Below the pieces are notes generated by a model that saw only the letters and a program-made list of their open reading frames with translations, was not told where the DNA came from and ran no database searches. 63,832 nt of DNA from Catajapyx aquilonaris (lineage: Eukaryota): NCBI GenBank assembly GCA_000934665.2, contig KZ538005.1:62169-126000 (forward strand), read 5' to 3'. Shown here piece after piece: positions 26,101 through 38,700 of the stretch. Within the stretch, counting starts at the first letter, position 1. The number at the start of each line of letters is the position of its first letter. A program made the position numbers and the translations under genes.

Positions 26101-27320
26101 GTGTAATAACTAACATAAATTGATTGCGACTAGTTACGACACGGGAAGAACAGGTTCAATGGGCGTCAGGAATGTTGTTGGACTCCATTGCATAATATAA
26201 ATAAATAAATCACCGATGTTTTCTCTCGTAAATAAAATTTTATAATTGGTTAAAGAAGTTTTATTTGCTTGCACTCCATAGTATGTCATGAATTTCGCTA
26301 CAATTCAACGTCTTCTGGACAATAATTCACATGTAGTTAACCGAGGCGTTACTGCGAACAGTGGATGATGAGTCATAAAATTTGTTGTTTCATCGAGTCT
26401 AAATCTCGAGTGGTTACAAACAAAGTTCATATCCCGGATATTTTCAAAAGGTTCATTTTATTCAAAAAATAGCACAAAAATGATTTTTTTTCTTCAAAAA
26501 CTAACAATTCACCCGATGAGTCAGAAAAAGCGGTTAAAAACAATTTAAGGAAAAGCAGCTGAAAGGCAGGTGTAAAAACCGCAACGGAAGTGACTTTTCA
26601 TTTTGGTCAACATCTAATTTGGACCTCCACCTTTGCAAGAAGGCAAGTACACCGGCGCAATATTTGCCTGCAAGTCCTCCACCTAATTCCATTACATATT
26701 CGGGATACTATCCCCATCAGATTATGATCTAGCCTGAGAAATAATTAAATCCCGCCGCGAGATTAATACCATTCGGCGTCACTAATAGACGCCAAGTGCG
26801 TAATTATCCGGCGGAGGATTCATGGGCGCTGGTCATTGTACGGCATTGATTAGGCCTATTTAGGCAGGCCCCCCGAAGGCGTCCAACCTGTCTGCCTACC
26901 GAGAGAAATAACTCCTCTTACCTGCCTTAACTCACTCGGTATTAGTTGATTCTGGCCCGCTGAACCTATTTGCTTTGACTTATGGCTCTTTCACGCCTTC
27001 CATTCACCCTTGCCGCAAAGGATGCCCTTTTTTTCTACTTGCACACCGAGTATACGTGCACGTGCATAATGAGGGATGATAACCGAGGAGACAATATATC
27101 GTGCACTGGAAGCTTGGAAGAAAAAAAAAGAGCGGCTTCTGTTATTCCAGTGTCTAACGACGGTGATTGATAATGGGTTAGGGACTCCTTACATGAACTT
27201 AATTAAAGGTGGATTAAGTGGCTGAGGATTGGTCGGCTATGTACAAGCACAGACTATTAAATATCTGCATGGTTCTAACTAAAATATTTTTTTTTGCGGA
27301 TATGGAACACCTGATAGCCT

Positions 27321-27357
27321 TACGACCTCGTATGACCTCGTACGAACCTCGTATGAC
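27321..27357. repeat. Short tandem repeat, ~10-bp unit (TAYGACCTCG)
   Basis: tacgacctcg tatgacctcg tacgaacctcg tatgac. Confidence 0.6.
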
Positions 27358-29930
27358 AGATAGGGGTCTACCCTATGACATTTTGTGATAAATGTTGAAT
27401 ATTTCACTGCCAGCTTTGTAAATCAAGCAAACCGCACTTCTTTTAGTTGTGACCACCGCTACTCGACAGGGGAAAAATGAGTCCTTAAATACGTTCCAAG
27501 GGTGTAATTGTGGAGAATAAAAAAAGGCTTTGACCCCCAATGGGCAACCATCTCTCTTTTCATATCCCCGATCCTTTAGAAGTTGTTCCGAAGGGGAGGA
27601 GAGATTGGGAGATGCTTACCTTTTCTAAAGGAGGATACCCCATCCTTCCAGTGGGGAAGCAGGGGTGAGGATCTATAGAGTGTGAGTGGCGCCCAAACAA
27701 TGTCCTTGGTTGTGACTGCCCATTACTTAAGTCACCATTCAGCAACGATAGGCAGACGAAACCGAGTTTGAAGTGCCCTTTATTGGGCGCCATGACTCGG
27801 CCCTTTTTTTCCCACTCTTTCTCACCTTTGTACCGTACACCAAAGGGACTCTGGGCCTGATTGCACGTTCAAGTGGGGAGTAGTTGTCAATCCCCATTTT
27901 TATTCCCATTTTTTTGTTACACGTATGCTGGATATGGTTAGGTTGGAATTCCTGGGTCGTTTGCTGCATTCCAGAGGTCGCCAACCACTGGATGACTTGG
28001 GGAAAGAGGCTTGAAAAGGAAGGCATAATGCAGTTTAATGACGCTTCTCCTCATTACCTTAACTATTGTGACTCTCCTGTCAAAGGTGTAACAAGGCATG
28101 ACACGGATTATTGTGCGCCCAAGGTTATGCGCGATCATGTCAGTGAGCTTAACGACTGATTTCCAATAAGCATTGCGTGTGCGACCCGGATGCCCTCTTC
28201 GTTTGCATGGAGAAACTCGCCTGTTTTTTTGTTGTGCCATAGAAAATGCTGTCTTGTCATCAGCAGTATGGTGCATGTTCGTAGCATCAGAATTTTTGTG
28301 TGTATTAAAGTGCGTTTCTTGTCGGCATTCCGTACTGCAAGGACAAGGTTGTCAGCATCAAGTGTTTAAGTATTTGGACCATACCCTACAACCTAACCCA
28401 AATTTCAAGTCTTTATGTCGAAGAATTGATTATTAACCGATATTAAACTTACACATACTAGGTCGACTTCTTTTTGCGAAAAGTGCACGCTATGCAAGGT
28501 TCCAAACCACATTCCTAATTTTTAACTAACTGACGTAAAAAGGCTGGTTTCCTTGCACTCACTTCAGTTTACTTTCTCCATATGACTACATGTTTAAAGT
28601 AATATATAGATAAGTCCAACTTTGCCAACTGAAAATATTTTTGCATCGAGCGATGATTACACGCTGAATCAAAAGGATGAGTGAGAGAGAAGGCTAAGTG
28701 GAATCAGTAACGGTATTGTCGGTTATGTCTTTTGCAAAAAGGTTGTTGGTAACGCTTCAGAAGGCACCAAGCTAGTTATCGTTGCCTTGGATTCCTCCTC
28801 TCTTAATTATTCTTCACCATCAAGCGTTTCTCCATTCTCTCCCATTGAGGATGCCTTTGAATCGCCAACTTTCCCAACCTTGTCCAACATGTCCTCCTCC
28901 TTTTGCATCCTTTGTTGGGACAAAACCGTATTTTTTTTATACGATCCACACTCATGGGAGAAAAAAGACAAGGCGTTGCGGTCATAAATCCCGCTTCCGC
29001 TCGGACTCATCAAGCCATATTATCCGAACTGCAAACAAAAAGAACGTCTCTTCATTAGCATACAATTCGAGCGAAATGCTGTCGTTTGCCTATAGCGGGG
29101 CCACCGGTGTCCAGCCGAGTGTGACCCAACCTCCGGGGTCACTCCGGGGTCACTCCGGGCGAGCTCTCTCCTCCTCCACCTGCCTCCAGTGTTCCTGGGA
29201 GCCAATGGACACCAGCTGGGGCCCATTAAAAGGTGGCCAATGAGGACTCGGAGGGATACGCATTGTTGCTTCCGAGGAAGTGTTGCTTGTTGCCATCACT
29301 ATATGGGAAAGGATTTTCCACCCGGGGGACTTTTCTTTTGGGGAGCAGACCCCATGAAATGGCTCTGTGGGGAAACTTCGACATGTTTGAATTGTCCGCT
29401 TTAAAAAAATAAATAATATGCAGGGTCGATTTTGCATTTCAAATGTGAAGGAGTCAAATTTATGCGGCCATTTTTCCCACATTTCATAAGGGTTGAATCA
29501 CTGGTGCTTATGACGAAATTGCACATATTTGGAGAGAACTGACGAAACTGATGTCTTCTTTGCATAGAAAAATCGGACTAGTTACAATATTAACATGTTG
29601 CAATTTTTGCATGATCCGTATTGAATTTTAGAGATTGCCCTTGCATTTTCCATTTCAGTGTGAGAGAATATAAAGCAAAACAATTACACAAGCAGATATT
29701 TTAATAAAAGTTAGCTGTCAAAGATTTTCTCTTGCCCTCATCTTTCATAAGGCTCGCAATAAAAGGTTGCAATTGCAGTGTAATTGCTATTAATGAAAGA
29801 CTGTAAAGAAGTAATTTGATCAGGTCTCCTTTAGCCTACATAAATAGTCTACTACTGATATGGACAATGTCCTAATAATATTATAACACATATCAAGTTC
29901 TATCATTACGTATTTGAGTTAGCTATGGAT

Positions 29931-30084
29931 CAAGGGGGTAATCACTTCGGTACTCCGGTGTACACCTGCTAGTGGTACTCCCAGGTACTCCTTAGGTACT
30001 TTACTCTTTGATACTCCTTGGTAGGCTACTCCTTGAATTTTGGTACTCCAGTGTACACTTTTCAGTCGAGTGGTTACCCCCTTG
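29931..30084. mobile_element. 154-bp MITE with 8-bp TSD (hAT- or P-like)
   Basis: TIR CAAGGGGGTAATCACT / AGTGGTTACCCCCTTG. TSD CTATGGAT at 29923-29930 and 30085-30092. Interior built of degenerate GGTACTCC units. Confidence 0.85.
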
Positions 30085-30580
30085 CTATGGATTATAATGG
30101 TCTCGTTATTTGTCATAAATGTTTGTACTTTCCGCTCATGTTGAGGGCGGGAGAATATAAAACTTCTACTATCAGTACTCCTCCGACATGCACTATCCTT
30201 CACCTCACCTACCTGTTAGAAAGTGCTCTACCAGTAACATGGCTGTAACCTCGGGTTTAGGTTTTTAAATGTCTTCATTCCAAAGGCAGCATCTCAGGAT
30301 CAGTGTTGCCATAGCTCCCAATAATTTGGAGTGAGTGTAACAATATCCGAGAAAAGTTAAGCTTTTTCTTTGGCTTTTTCCTATTTTCCTGTTGTCTAGA
30401 TTTTGTCCTGTTGTCTAGATTTTGAAAACCCGGGTTTAAAATATGCGAAGTTTCAATCTTTGCGTGGTTCAAATGGCTACTTGATGATATTGGAAAGTAC
30501 TGTACATGAATGTTACTTTTTTCACTTTTTACATCAGTGATAATATTAATTTATAATATGCCCAATAACTAAAACTGTGT

Positions 30581-30670
30581 CGCCCTATGGTGGTATTCCA
30601 CCCCACAACCCCCCAAGAGGGCCTCGGGCCCTATCATGGGGTGCACTTTAAAAATATTAAAAAAATAAAA
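30581..30670 (+). mobile_element. 5'-truncated retroposon (3' end shared with the adjacent SINE)
   Basis: ATGGTGGTATTCCACCCC...AGGGCC-TCG-GGCCCT...GGGGT followed by an A-rich tail. Flanked by TAAAACTGTGT at 30570-30580 and 30671-30681. Confidence 0.75.
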
Positions 30671-30735
30671 TAAAACTGTGTTCCTGGAAACTGGAAACCA
30701 AACCATGAATCAGTTTCTTTCTATTTTCATTTAGG

Positions 30736-31097
30736 GGGAGGTGTGGTGGCCGTGATGGTAACGTCTCGGCTTGCTGAGTGAAAGGCCCCAGGTTCGATCC
30801 CCGCCTGGGGAACTTTCCCTTCACCTGCGTCAGGAGGGTCTCTGACCTGCACCAAGGAGGTGTCTGGCAACCTAACCTCCTGGGGAACAGCACATGACCC
30901 CTTTTACCGACATTGCACTTGCACCAATGTTCCCTCCCCAAAAATCCCTATCCTTACCCCATGTCCTTTCATCCTTGCACCGGAGTTAGAAGAAAAAGCA
31001 GACAAATTGAAGGAAAAATGGTGGTATTCCACCCCCCTATAAGGGCCTATGGCCCTAGCACGGGGTAACGTAATAAATAATAATAATAAAATAATAA
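30736..31097 (+). mobile_element. Full-length tRNA-derived SINE (~360 bp)
   Basis: Pol III A box TGGCCGTGATGG (30747-30758) and B box GGTTCGATCC (30791-30800). (TAA)n tail. Perfect ~18-bp TSD TTTCTATTTTCATTTAGG (30718-30735 and 31098-31115). Confidence 0.9.
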
Positions 31098-32749
31098 TTT
31101 CTATTTTCATTTAGGCTACTGTGTGTCCCGAAAATCAGAGCAGATTGATATTGGTGGAAATTCAGCTTACTCCCCTGACTCGAGAAATACCGTACTCTTC
31201 TAGTCAGGTGGGTGCTGAGAGTTCGCAATAGAGATCGTTATCTAAACTGCGAAACTGACGAAACTGTAAGTGTTGACATTAATATTAGTGAACAAAGGAC
31301 GTAAAAAAGCCAATAATATTTACACATGCACTCGCAATCACACAGCTACGTGTTATGTAGACTATTAACATTTTTTGAACACTATGACATACAATCCAAA
31401 CTAACCTGTTAAATATACCCACCAATGACAATTCATAAGAATCGATGAGAATGAAAACGTACACGTACCAAGTCTGCTTTTTCCTAAACCTCATAAGTTT
31501 ATTTATGTTCTGGTCGGAACATACGAAATGGTGTAATTATGCTTAAATATTCACTGGATCCCATACAAGCATTCATTTCATAAAAGGGAATCAAATCCAG
31601 CAACTAAAACCTGTTTATTATTTGCAAAATACGAGGAGGAAAGCACCAATAGTGACTGCAGGTGATCAGATCTCATGGTATAGGTAGGATAATGAATGTA
31701 CAGTAGGTCTAATGACTTGAAAGAAACCGTTTTCATTCGTTTATCATGATGTTGCTTACGTTCATTGCCGGTTCTATTCTCCGATTCGCATAAGTCTGAA
31801 CCTGGTCTGATATACATACGCCTGAGGGGGTGAGCTGTCCCTAAATTAGTCCTCGGTATCGCTGGCGGAAACAGTGCAGGTACATGTAATTCGAATGCCT
31901 AATTATCATGGGCAGCCCATGCAGTAGCTGCACCGCTACCCAAACTGCACATTTTGATGTGAGGAGCGGTATGGAGCGGCATGGTGGGCGCTGCTTTCGG
32001 CCGTATGGATATCCAAAAAGGTTCACTCTTATGTGCATCGGAGAGTATATAAAGTTGAGCAGCGTGGACCTGGGAGATGGGACCAATACTTATCTCACCT
32101 ATTCTTACAAAAAATAACTTTCACCTTCAAAGCCGTACTTACAGTACGTAGGCTACAAAATTTTGTGTAATACTCTTAGGTAACAAAAAGAACTTGACAG
32201 ATTTGCCTCGTAATAAAAGTGCTGCTGATTGAAATATGCATGTACAGTACCTCGTCCATCCTTGCGGAGTCGTACTGGCATGCAAACAATTCACCTGTAG
32301 AAAATGTTTGGAAAATACCACAGATTTGTTACTATCTTATATAATACTATACTGTATATTATGTATACGGATTTAATTGCGAAATGCTTAGTAGAAGTCA
32401 TCACATCATTTGTCGGGAGCTTGATATAAAAGCAGTATGAGCATCTGATTTCCTGACCTTTCGAGACATCGCATTTCCAAAACCTCACGTGTCTTTACTG
32501 TATCGTATGCGTAAATGTAGTAATGAGGAAACTGCAAACCCATATTTCAGTATCAACTAGTCGTTTCAAAAAGTTACCTGACTGTTTAATTTAATGGGAT
32601 GCCCACATATACGTAGTAGACTAACTGCAGGGGCCGCTAATTTCAATTTCTGATTTTATTCATGATATGTTGACGGATTTTGATCAGTGGAAGAAAACAG
32701 AATAATCCGCGGGAAATCGGCAATCACAGCGAGATCCCATCGAAACTTT

Positions 32750-32842
32750 CACTTTGGAAAATCCTATATCCTACCAGGAGGATCGAACGTAGGACCTCAG
32801 AGGTTGAAGAGGTGGGCATAACCACTTCAACACCTCGCCCTC
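32750..32842 (-). mobile_element. Degenerate tRNA-derived SINE head
   Basis: Minus strand reads GAGGGCGAGGTGTTGAAGTGGTTA...GGTCCTACGTTCGATCCTCCTGGT, giving degenerate A and B boxes at tRNA-like spacing. No TSD found. Confidence 0.4.
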
Positions 32843-34778
32843 TGTACCCACTCCCCCCAATGGTTTTCTAACTTACTATATGTAAATGCCATTCTAGGCA
32901 TGGATAAATATCAATAATTTGAATTTAAGTACCTACTAGCACTGAAAAGGGAAAAGATGGTTCTTACCTTTGCAATTTATTGAGCTTTCACATACTGGTG
33001 CTCCATATTTTAATCGATCTTTCCTTAAGAAGAAGTCCTATCCATTTATTATGCAATCTAATGAGCAATTATTATTTTTGATACGTTGATTCTTATACCG
33101 TAATTATTATCATTCTCGAAGCTTTCTTTATCAGCAGGATAATTACATGTATACAGTGTGCTGCAACCATCTTTATGAACTGAAAACAGGCCGGATCATA
33201 TTGACGCGGGTCCATTAGTGGTTGCTTAAATATCTGTCAATTTATGGAAAGAGCACACACATAAGTAATATTTGGAAGCTCGTAAACCAAGCCATGCCAA
33301 TAAATCGGCAATTGCAAAACTAAGTTACAATCATTTGGAAACTGTCTAAATAGAAATGCCACGGGTAAGGCAAAATAATGGCGCTCTTGTATGTGAAATT
33401 TTCATAAAGACATCAAATAATCCAATTAGGTAGTAAGTAGATAGTAAAAAAAACCTCATTCTACAAAGTTTCACTGCATTAACTTAAGCTAATAATTGCT
33501 TCTGTTTACTCAGCGGCTGAGTTAACGAAGCAAACATGTTCCGTCCCCTCATTAAGAGGACGCAATTTAATGCGGAAATGAAGGCCGGCATGAACCAAAA
33601 AATTATCTGTATCAATCTCATGGGAGCAACTTTCACAAAAACTGGACCCATTTGGTGACAAACGTGCGTCCGTACTGTAATTATCACCGAAAGTGGACAG
33701 TAAAGCTATCCCGTAGCACACGTTGGAAAATAACACCTGCCCCATTAATCTCCTGTGCAATTCACAACTACTAAACAACTTTGAGACCGTGAGACTGAAA
33801 AAAGGAGACGCCAAGGTCTGTGCAATCACCTTCATTTCGCATTGTGCAATACCCTCTGGATCTTTATTGAAAATATCATGTGAGAAATCCACTTTAAAGA
33901 ATTTTAACCACTAAATAGCCATTTAGGCTTGAAGATTCATAATGAGCCAGCAAGCCATGGTTTTGTGCATTCGCTAGCATTTTTTGGGAGTTTTTGTGAT
34001 AATTTGATTTCCACCCTGGGGTGAACAAGGTGATTGTGACGTCACAATGCAGGCATGTAATCCGTATAGTGTCACTTTGAAGAGGTGATTCAAGAAAACC
34101 AGTTCCGAGAGATGGAAAATTTTATTAGCAAACTGGCCAGCGACTTGTAAACGGCGGTAAAAGCTACCGGCGTGCGTAATAACTACCTGTAATAAGTCGC
34201 GTCCCAGAGTGGATGCGCATATCATGGCCATCCGAAAAGCCTGTTTTCCGGGGGCCCCTGCCGGAGCGGGCATGTTATTATTTTCTCAAGCCTTTGTCAC
34301 GGCGATTTCATAGCGGGGAACAATCGGCTGATGCGAGACTCTTTATAGGGACTGGCCAACTCATTCCGCTTAAAAGGTTTTTCCGATGCTCAACACACTC
34401 TCTCACCTGCTCGCTTTCCGATCCGGTGTCCCCTATATACATGCGCCCAGAACTGGCCAGAAGCAATTTTCCATGGAGATGCCTAATAACCGACTTACAC
34501 CTGGAGTGGAAAATTGGAAAGGATAGGTATAACATAAGAGCCCTGACACACCCAACATGAGTGTGTTTCCACTCTCGCGAGCGCTCTCGAGTATCGGTCC
34601 TAATGTGAGCGAAAACGTAAGCGAGTAGCCAATTCTCGCACTCCATTCGTACGTTGGCTTCTCGCTCGTTCGAAAACATCAGACCTGATCATGGTCTTAG
34701 AATACTAAGGTCTGGTCACTCCCTCTTATCGCCTGCATGAGGTGCTCACTTGAGAGCGCCATGAGACAGCTTTCACTG

Positions 34779-35374
34779 CAACGAGATAGAATAGAATAGA
34801 GGCCGTAAAGGTCGGACATCTTTGATGCAATTTAGAGCCATCGGGCGGCCATGCCACTTCACGGCAAGAACTTTGAAATTGTAGTATTTCTAACCCTGTT
34901 CTCCTCTCCTGCCTCCTGGCGGGACTAGGAAGAAATGGCTGTCTGGTGAAAGCAACGAGGTATGAATGGGGCTAGAGGCCGTAAAGGTCCGCCATCTTTG
35001 ATGCAATTGCCGGCCATGCCACTTCACTGCAAAAGAGCATTGGTGGTATACAGAAGTAGACAGTAGCGCCATGCGGCCAGAGGGAAAACCAGGCATGAGT
35101 TTACCACCTCACGCGTATTATTCCGTGAAGTGACATGGCCGCTCAATTGCATCAAAGATGGCGGACCTTTACGGCCTCTAACCCTATTTTATACCTCGTT
35201 GCTTTCACCAGACTGCCATTTATTCCCAGCCCCCGCCAGGAGGCAGGAGTGTAGACAGAGGAGAACAGGGTTGGAATGCGACAATTTCAAATTCGCGCAT
35301 GTTCTTGCCGTGAAGTGGCATGGCCACCAAAGATCACGTGACCTTTACGGCCTCTATCCTATTCTATCTCGTTG
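34779..35374. mobile_element. 596-bp fold-back hAT-like MITE with long TIRs
   Basis: Ends CAACGAGATAGAATAG...CTATTCTATCTCGTTG. Perfect 8-bp TSD TTTCACTG (34771-34778 and 35375-35382). Arms about 250 bp. Confidence 0.85.
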
Positions 35375-35485
35375 TTTCACTGCTACATTATGTGGCGACC
35401 CTACCGGACCGCGCTGAACTTAGGTAGAAGGGAAGCCGCTACATGTGGGCCCAACATGTCCGCCGACGACCATGTTGGGTCCTCC

Positions 35486-35752
35486 TAACGAGATATAAAT
35501 AGTATAGAGGCCGTAAAGGTCGGACATCTTTGAAGCAATTGGCGGCCATGACACTTCACGGAATAACACGCGTGAGCTGGTAAACTCATGGCTAGTTTTC
35601 CCTCTGGCCGCATGGCGCTACTGTCTACTTCTGTATACCACCAATGCTCTTTTGCCGTGAAGTGGCATGGCCGCCAATTGCATCAAAGTGGTGGCGCCAC
35701 TTTCCACGTGGTTGGAAAGCTTTACGGCCTCTACCCTATTTATACCTCGTTG
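35486..35752. mobile_element. 267-bp hAT-like MITE, inverted relative of the core (34953-35201) of the 596-bp element
   Basis: Ends TAACGAGATATAAATAG...CTATTTATACCTCGTTG. Perfect 8-bp TSD GGTCCTCC (35478-35485 and 35753-35760). Interior is the reverse complement of ~35030-35125. Confidence 0.85.
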
Positions 35753-38700
35753 GGTCCTCCAATGTAGCGCTTCCCTTTCGTACCTATAAAGTTCAGTGTA
35801 GTCCGGTAGGGTCGCCACATAATGTAGCAGTGAAAGGTCTCATGGCGGTCTCAAGTGAGCACCTCATGCAAAACGCCCCGGCAGGCAATAAGATATGATG
35901 GTAGGGGGTAGTGTCCAGGGGCTGGTCTTGATCAAGCTGTAATTATTACGCTCCAATAATTATTCCTATACTCTTGTTCAATTCCCGTCTGATAGTAACG
36001 ATTGTTGGTCCGGTTACTAGGAGCATCCTTGGCCCGATTACATGAGAAGTAATTGGACGGATTAGAAACAATCTGTTTAGAAGAAGTGTGATCCAACGGG
36101 TCATCTTGAGCAGATGGTGCTGTTTGACATCGGCAAGGTGAACACCAACTGATTTCACCTTGGGATGCGGGTTGGAATGAAGGAAGTGTGAGGATTGCAG
36201 TAACCCGCGATTTTGGTCTTATCTTTCATCGGAGAGTGAAATATGGTGATAGAAAAACCAGCATCGTTAGTCGTAAGATAATAATTTGCCTCGCATCTCC
36301 ACCCATCCAGGGAGATTAATAGGTAGCTCGTTAGTGTTCGACCTTTAGGGCATCTCACCACCTAAAACGAACAAAACAAAGACACTCATTACTTACTACT
36401 TGGCCATGCATCTGACAATGGCATTCATATAATTGCCGTAGGAGTAGAGCACTCACACAAATGCTCGATCATTCCATGCCAATTGAATGATGTGGGCCCC
36501 ACCTGACATCGTGTAATTTGGATGTGTGAAATTGCAGGAAGTTGTTAAGTTAACTGCAATTTTTTGCCAGATATATTTTTCCTCTATATTAGTTACTTTC
36601 AGGCATGACTAATTGTCCTGGTGTTGTATAGGCCCGGAAAAACCGGCTTTTCCATCAAAACGGGTGTTTTTGTAGAGGCCGCGGAAAAAGATTGAAACTG
36701 AGCTTTTTGGAAAAAATTGCATTTTTTACTATGACGTCTACATGAACTTTTCTCATTTTAAAATGTTCGGTTTATTCGGCGACTCAACGTCTTTCTTCTC
36801 ATTCCTGACATTTCATTGGAAACTGCGTCACTTAAATTTTAAATCAAATCAATCGCTTTTCTACCATGATGTGGGTCTAATACTTGTAATAGCTATTAAA
36901 CTTTCATGCTGAATAATTTGCATCCAAGTCCTCTAAAAATTACAAAATTTACCTTAGTGTCTGACCCAATAACTGAGGGAATCCCTACAGAAAATAATCT
37001 TCTCTTGCAATGATTGGTTTCTCCAATATAGAAAAGTAACACTTACTCAACATTTCTTTCAGGGCAAACATAGTGCACGACTTTTACATGCAAAATATTG
37101 ATTGATCTGAAACAGGCCATTTCAGTAAAAGCTTGCTAATGGGCGTAAAAGGTCAAAAAATATATGCACAAATTATGTAATTCGTAAGGAAAAATTCGTA
37201 TTTACAAAGGCACGCATTTTTCTGACTTTTTATAACACTAAATTGTATCATTGTCATTTTTACTAATATAAAACACATATCTTTTACCTGAATCACCTTT
37301 AGGCTTCTGCTTGACATTCTCAGTGTCCTACCAATATTGGTCACAAATGTACTGGAAAAGACATTGCTGAAAGGTATCCTGTGAAGGTGTCTGCCCTTCT
37401 AATCCTTGAGACAAATGACAACGGGGATTAGATAATTGCTCCTGGTAGAGTAATTCACATTGTGCGCTTGGTCAAATCCGGTAGCATGTTACAAACCCCT
37501 TTTAAAACATTACATGCACTACTTTGGTTGTAAGAAATTATTCGTGAATATGTAATGCCCTTGGGAAAGCATGGAGCATTAATAAGAAGCGTAATTCCCA
37601 CGTCACGATCGGTGTTTCTGGTGAGACGTGAGAGCGGCACACGACTCCACAGACTTAAGCTTAAGGATCAAAAAAAGGAAAAGGGAAATGCGTCCCTGAG
37701 ACTCCAGCACCTGCCGTTGAAATTTCTCGTCTTTGATTCTCAGGTAAAAGATGCTGGTGGTCTCTTAACAATGTGGGTCACAAGATGGGACTTATAGGGA
37801 AAGAAAACCCAACAACAAAAACTCTATTTGCATTTGCGGAGAAACGGACCATCCCGTGTGATAACAAGAAGAGTGCAATTAGGACCAGTCTAACTGGGTT
37901 TCGAGTGATGTAATGCAAATAGGAAGGAGGATACTTTCGATGCTTAAAGGTGATCATTGCTGTTGGAAAATTGATTGCACAGCGACGTTTAACGACGATG
38001 GTGGTCGTTTTTTTATTTCTTTCACTTGGGTTGGACCAAATGAGGATACAGGCATAAAAAAGTGCCAGCTATTCATTATGTATTTTTATAGTGCAATATT
38101 GACACATATTTGAAAGGGGGTCCAAGCCGAGAAAGCGAAGGAGGCAATAAAATACGAGAGAAAATCTTGGCTAGTTGGATGCTCGGTACGGATAATTTAT
38201 ACATATTCACTCATTTGAATGTTGAAATATTTGTCGATTGTTAACAATTATAGAATAATGAAAATTTATTAATGCAGAGGAAGAACTGTAAAGTTGTTGC
38301 TGATTTCATGCTGTAAAATATTAAGTGAGCTGGTTTTTGTCAGACCAGGAGATATCTAGACTCTGGCATTAATGAGAAAATAAATAAAAAATTAGAGGTA
38401 ACTGTACTACATTATTATTTATAAGCAAATATTCTATATACAGGTTCAGTATTACTGTGGAGAGGAAAATTAATATCATACTTACAGCATTTGCTTCAAC
38501 ATATCCGATACTTTGTGCATCCATCAGTGGACAACATTGGGGACCTTGCTCCCACTCCATGCATAAAGTAGGCCATAAAATCCTTCCGTTTTATCTCTGG
38601 TGAGTAATTCATCCACATTTTGGTTTTCTGCCGGTGCATCCATGGTCGAGCCCAATCTTTTTTATCCACTGCGGTCATTTGGGAAGGCGGAACTATGTAA

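Larger units (their letters stand above)
34712..35918. mobile_element. Palindromic host MITE interrupted by two related hAT-like insertions
   Basis: TGCATGAGGTGCTCACTTGAGAGCGCCATGAGAC (from 34734) is inverted at 35837-35870. CTACATTATGTGGCGACCCTACCGGAC (from 35383) is inverted at ~35800-35828. Outer ends are approximate. Confidence 0.75.

Noticed and set aside
30741..30810. Possible functional tRNA gene
   Set aside because: No proper acceptor stem or Pol III terminator. It continues into a SINE body with tail and TSD.
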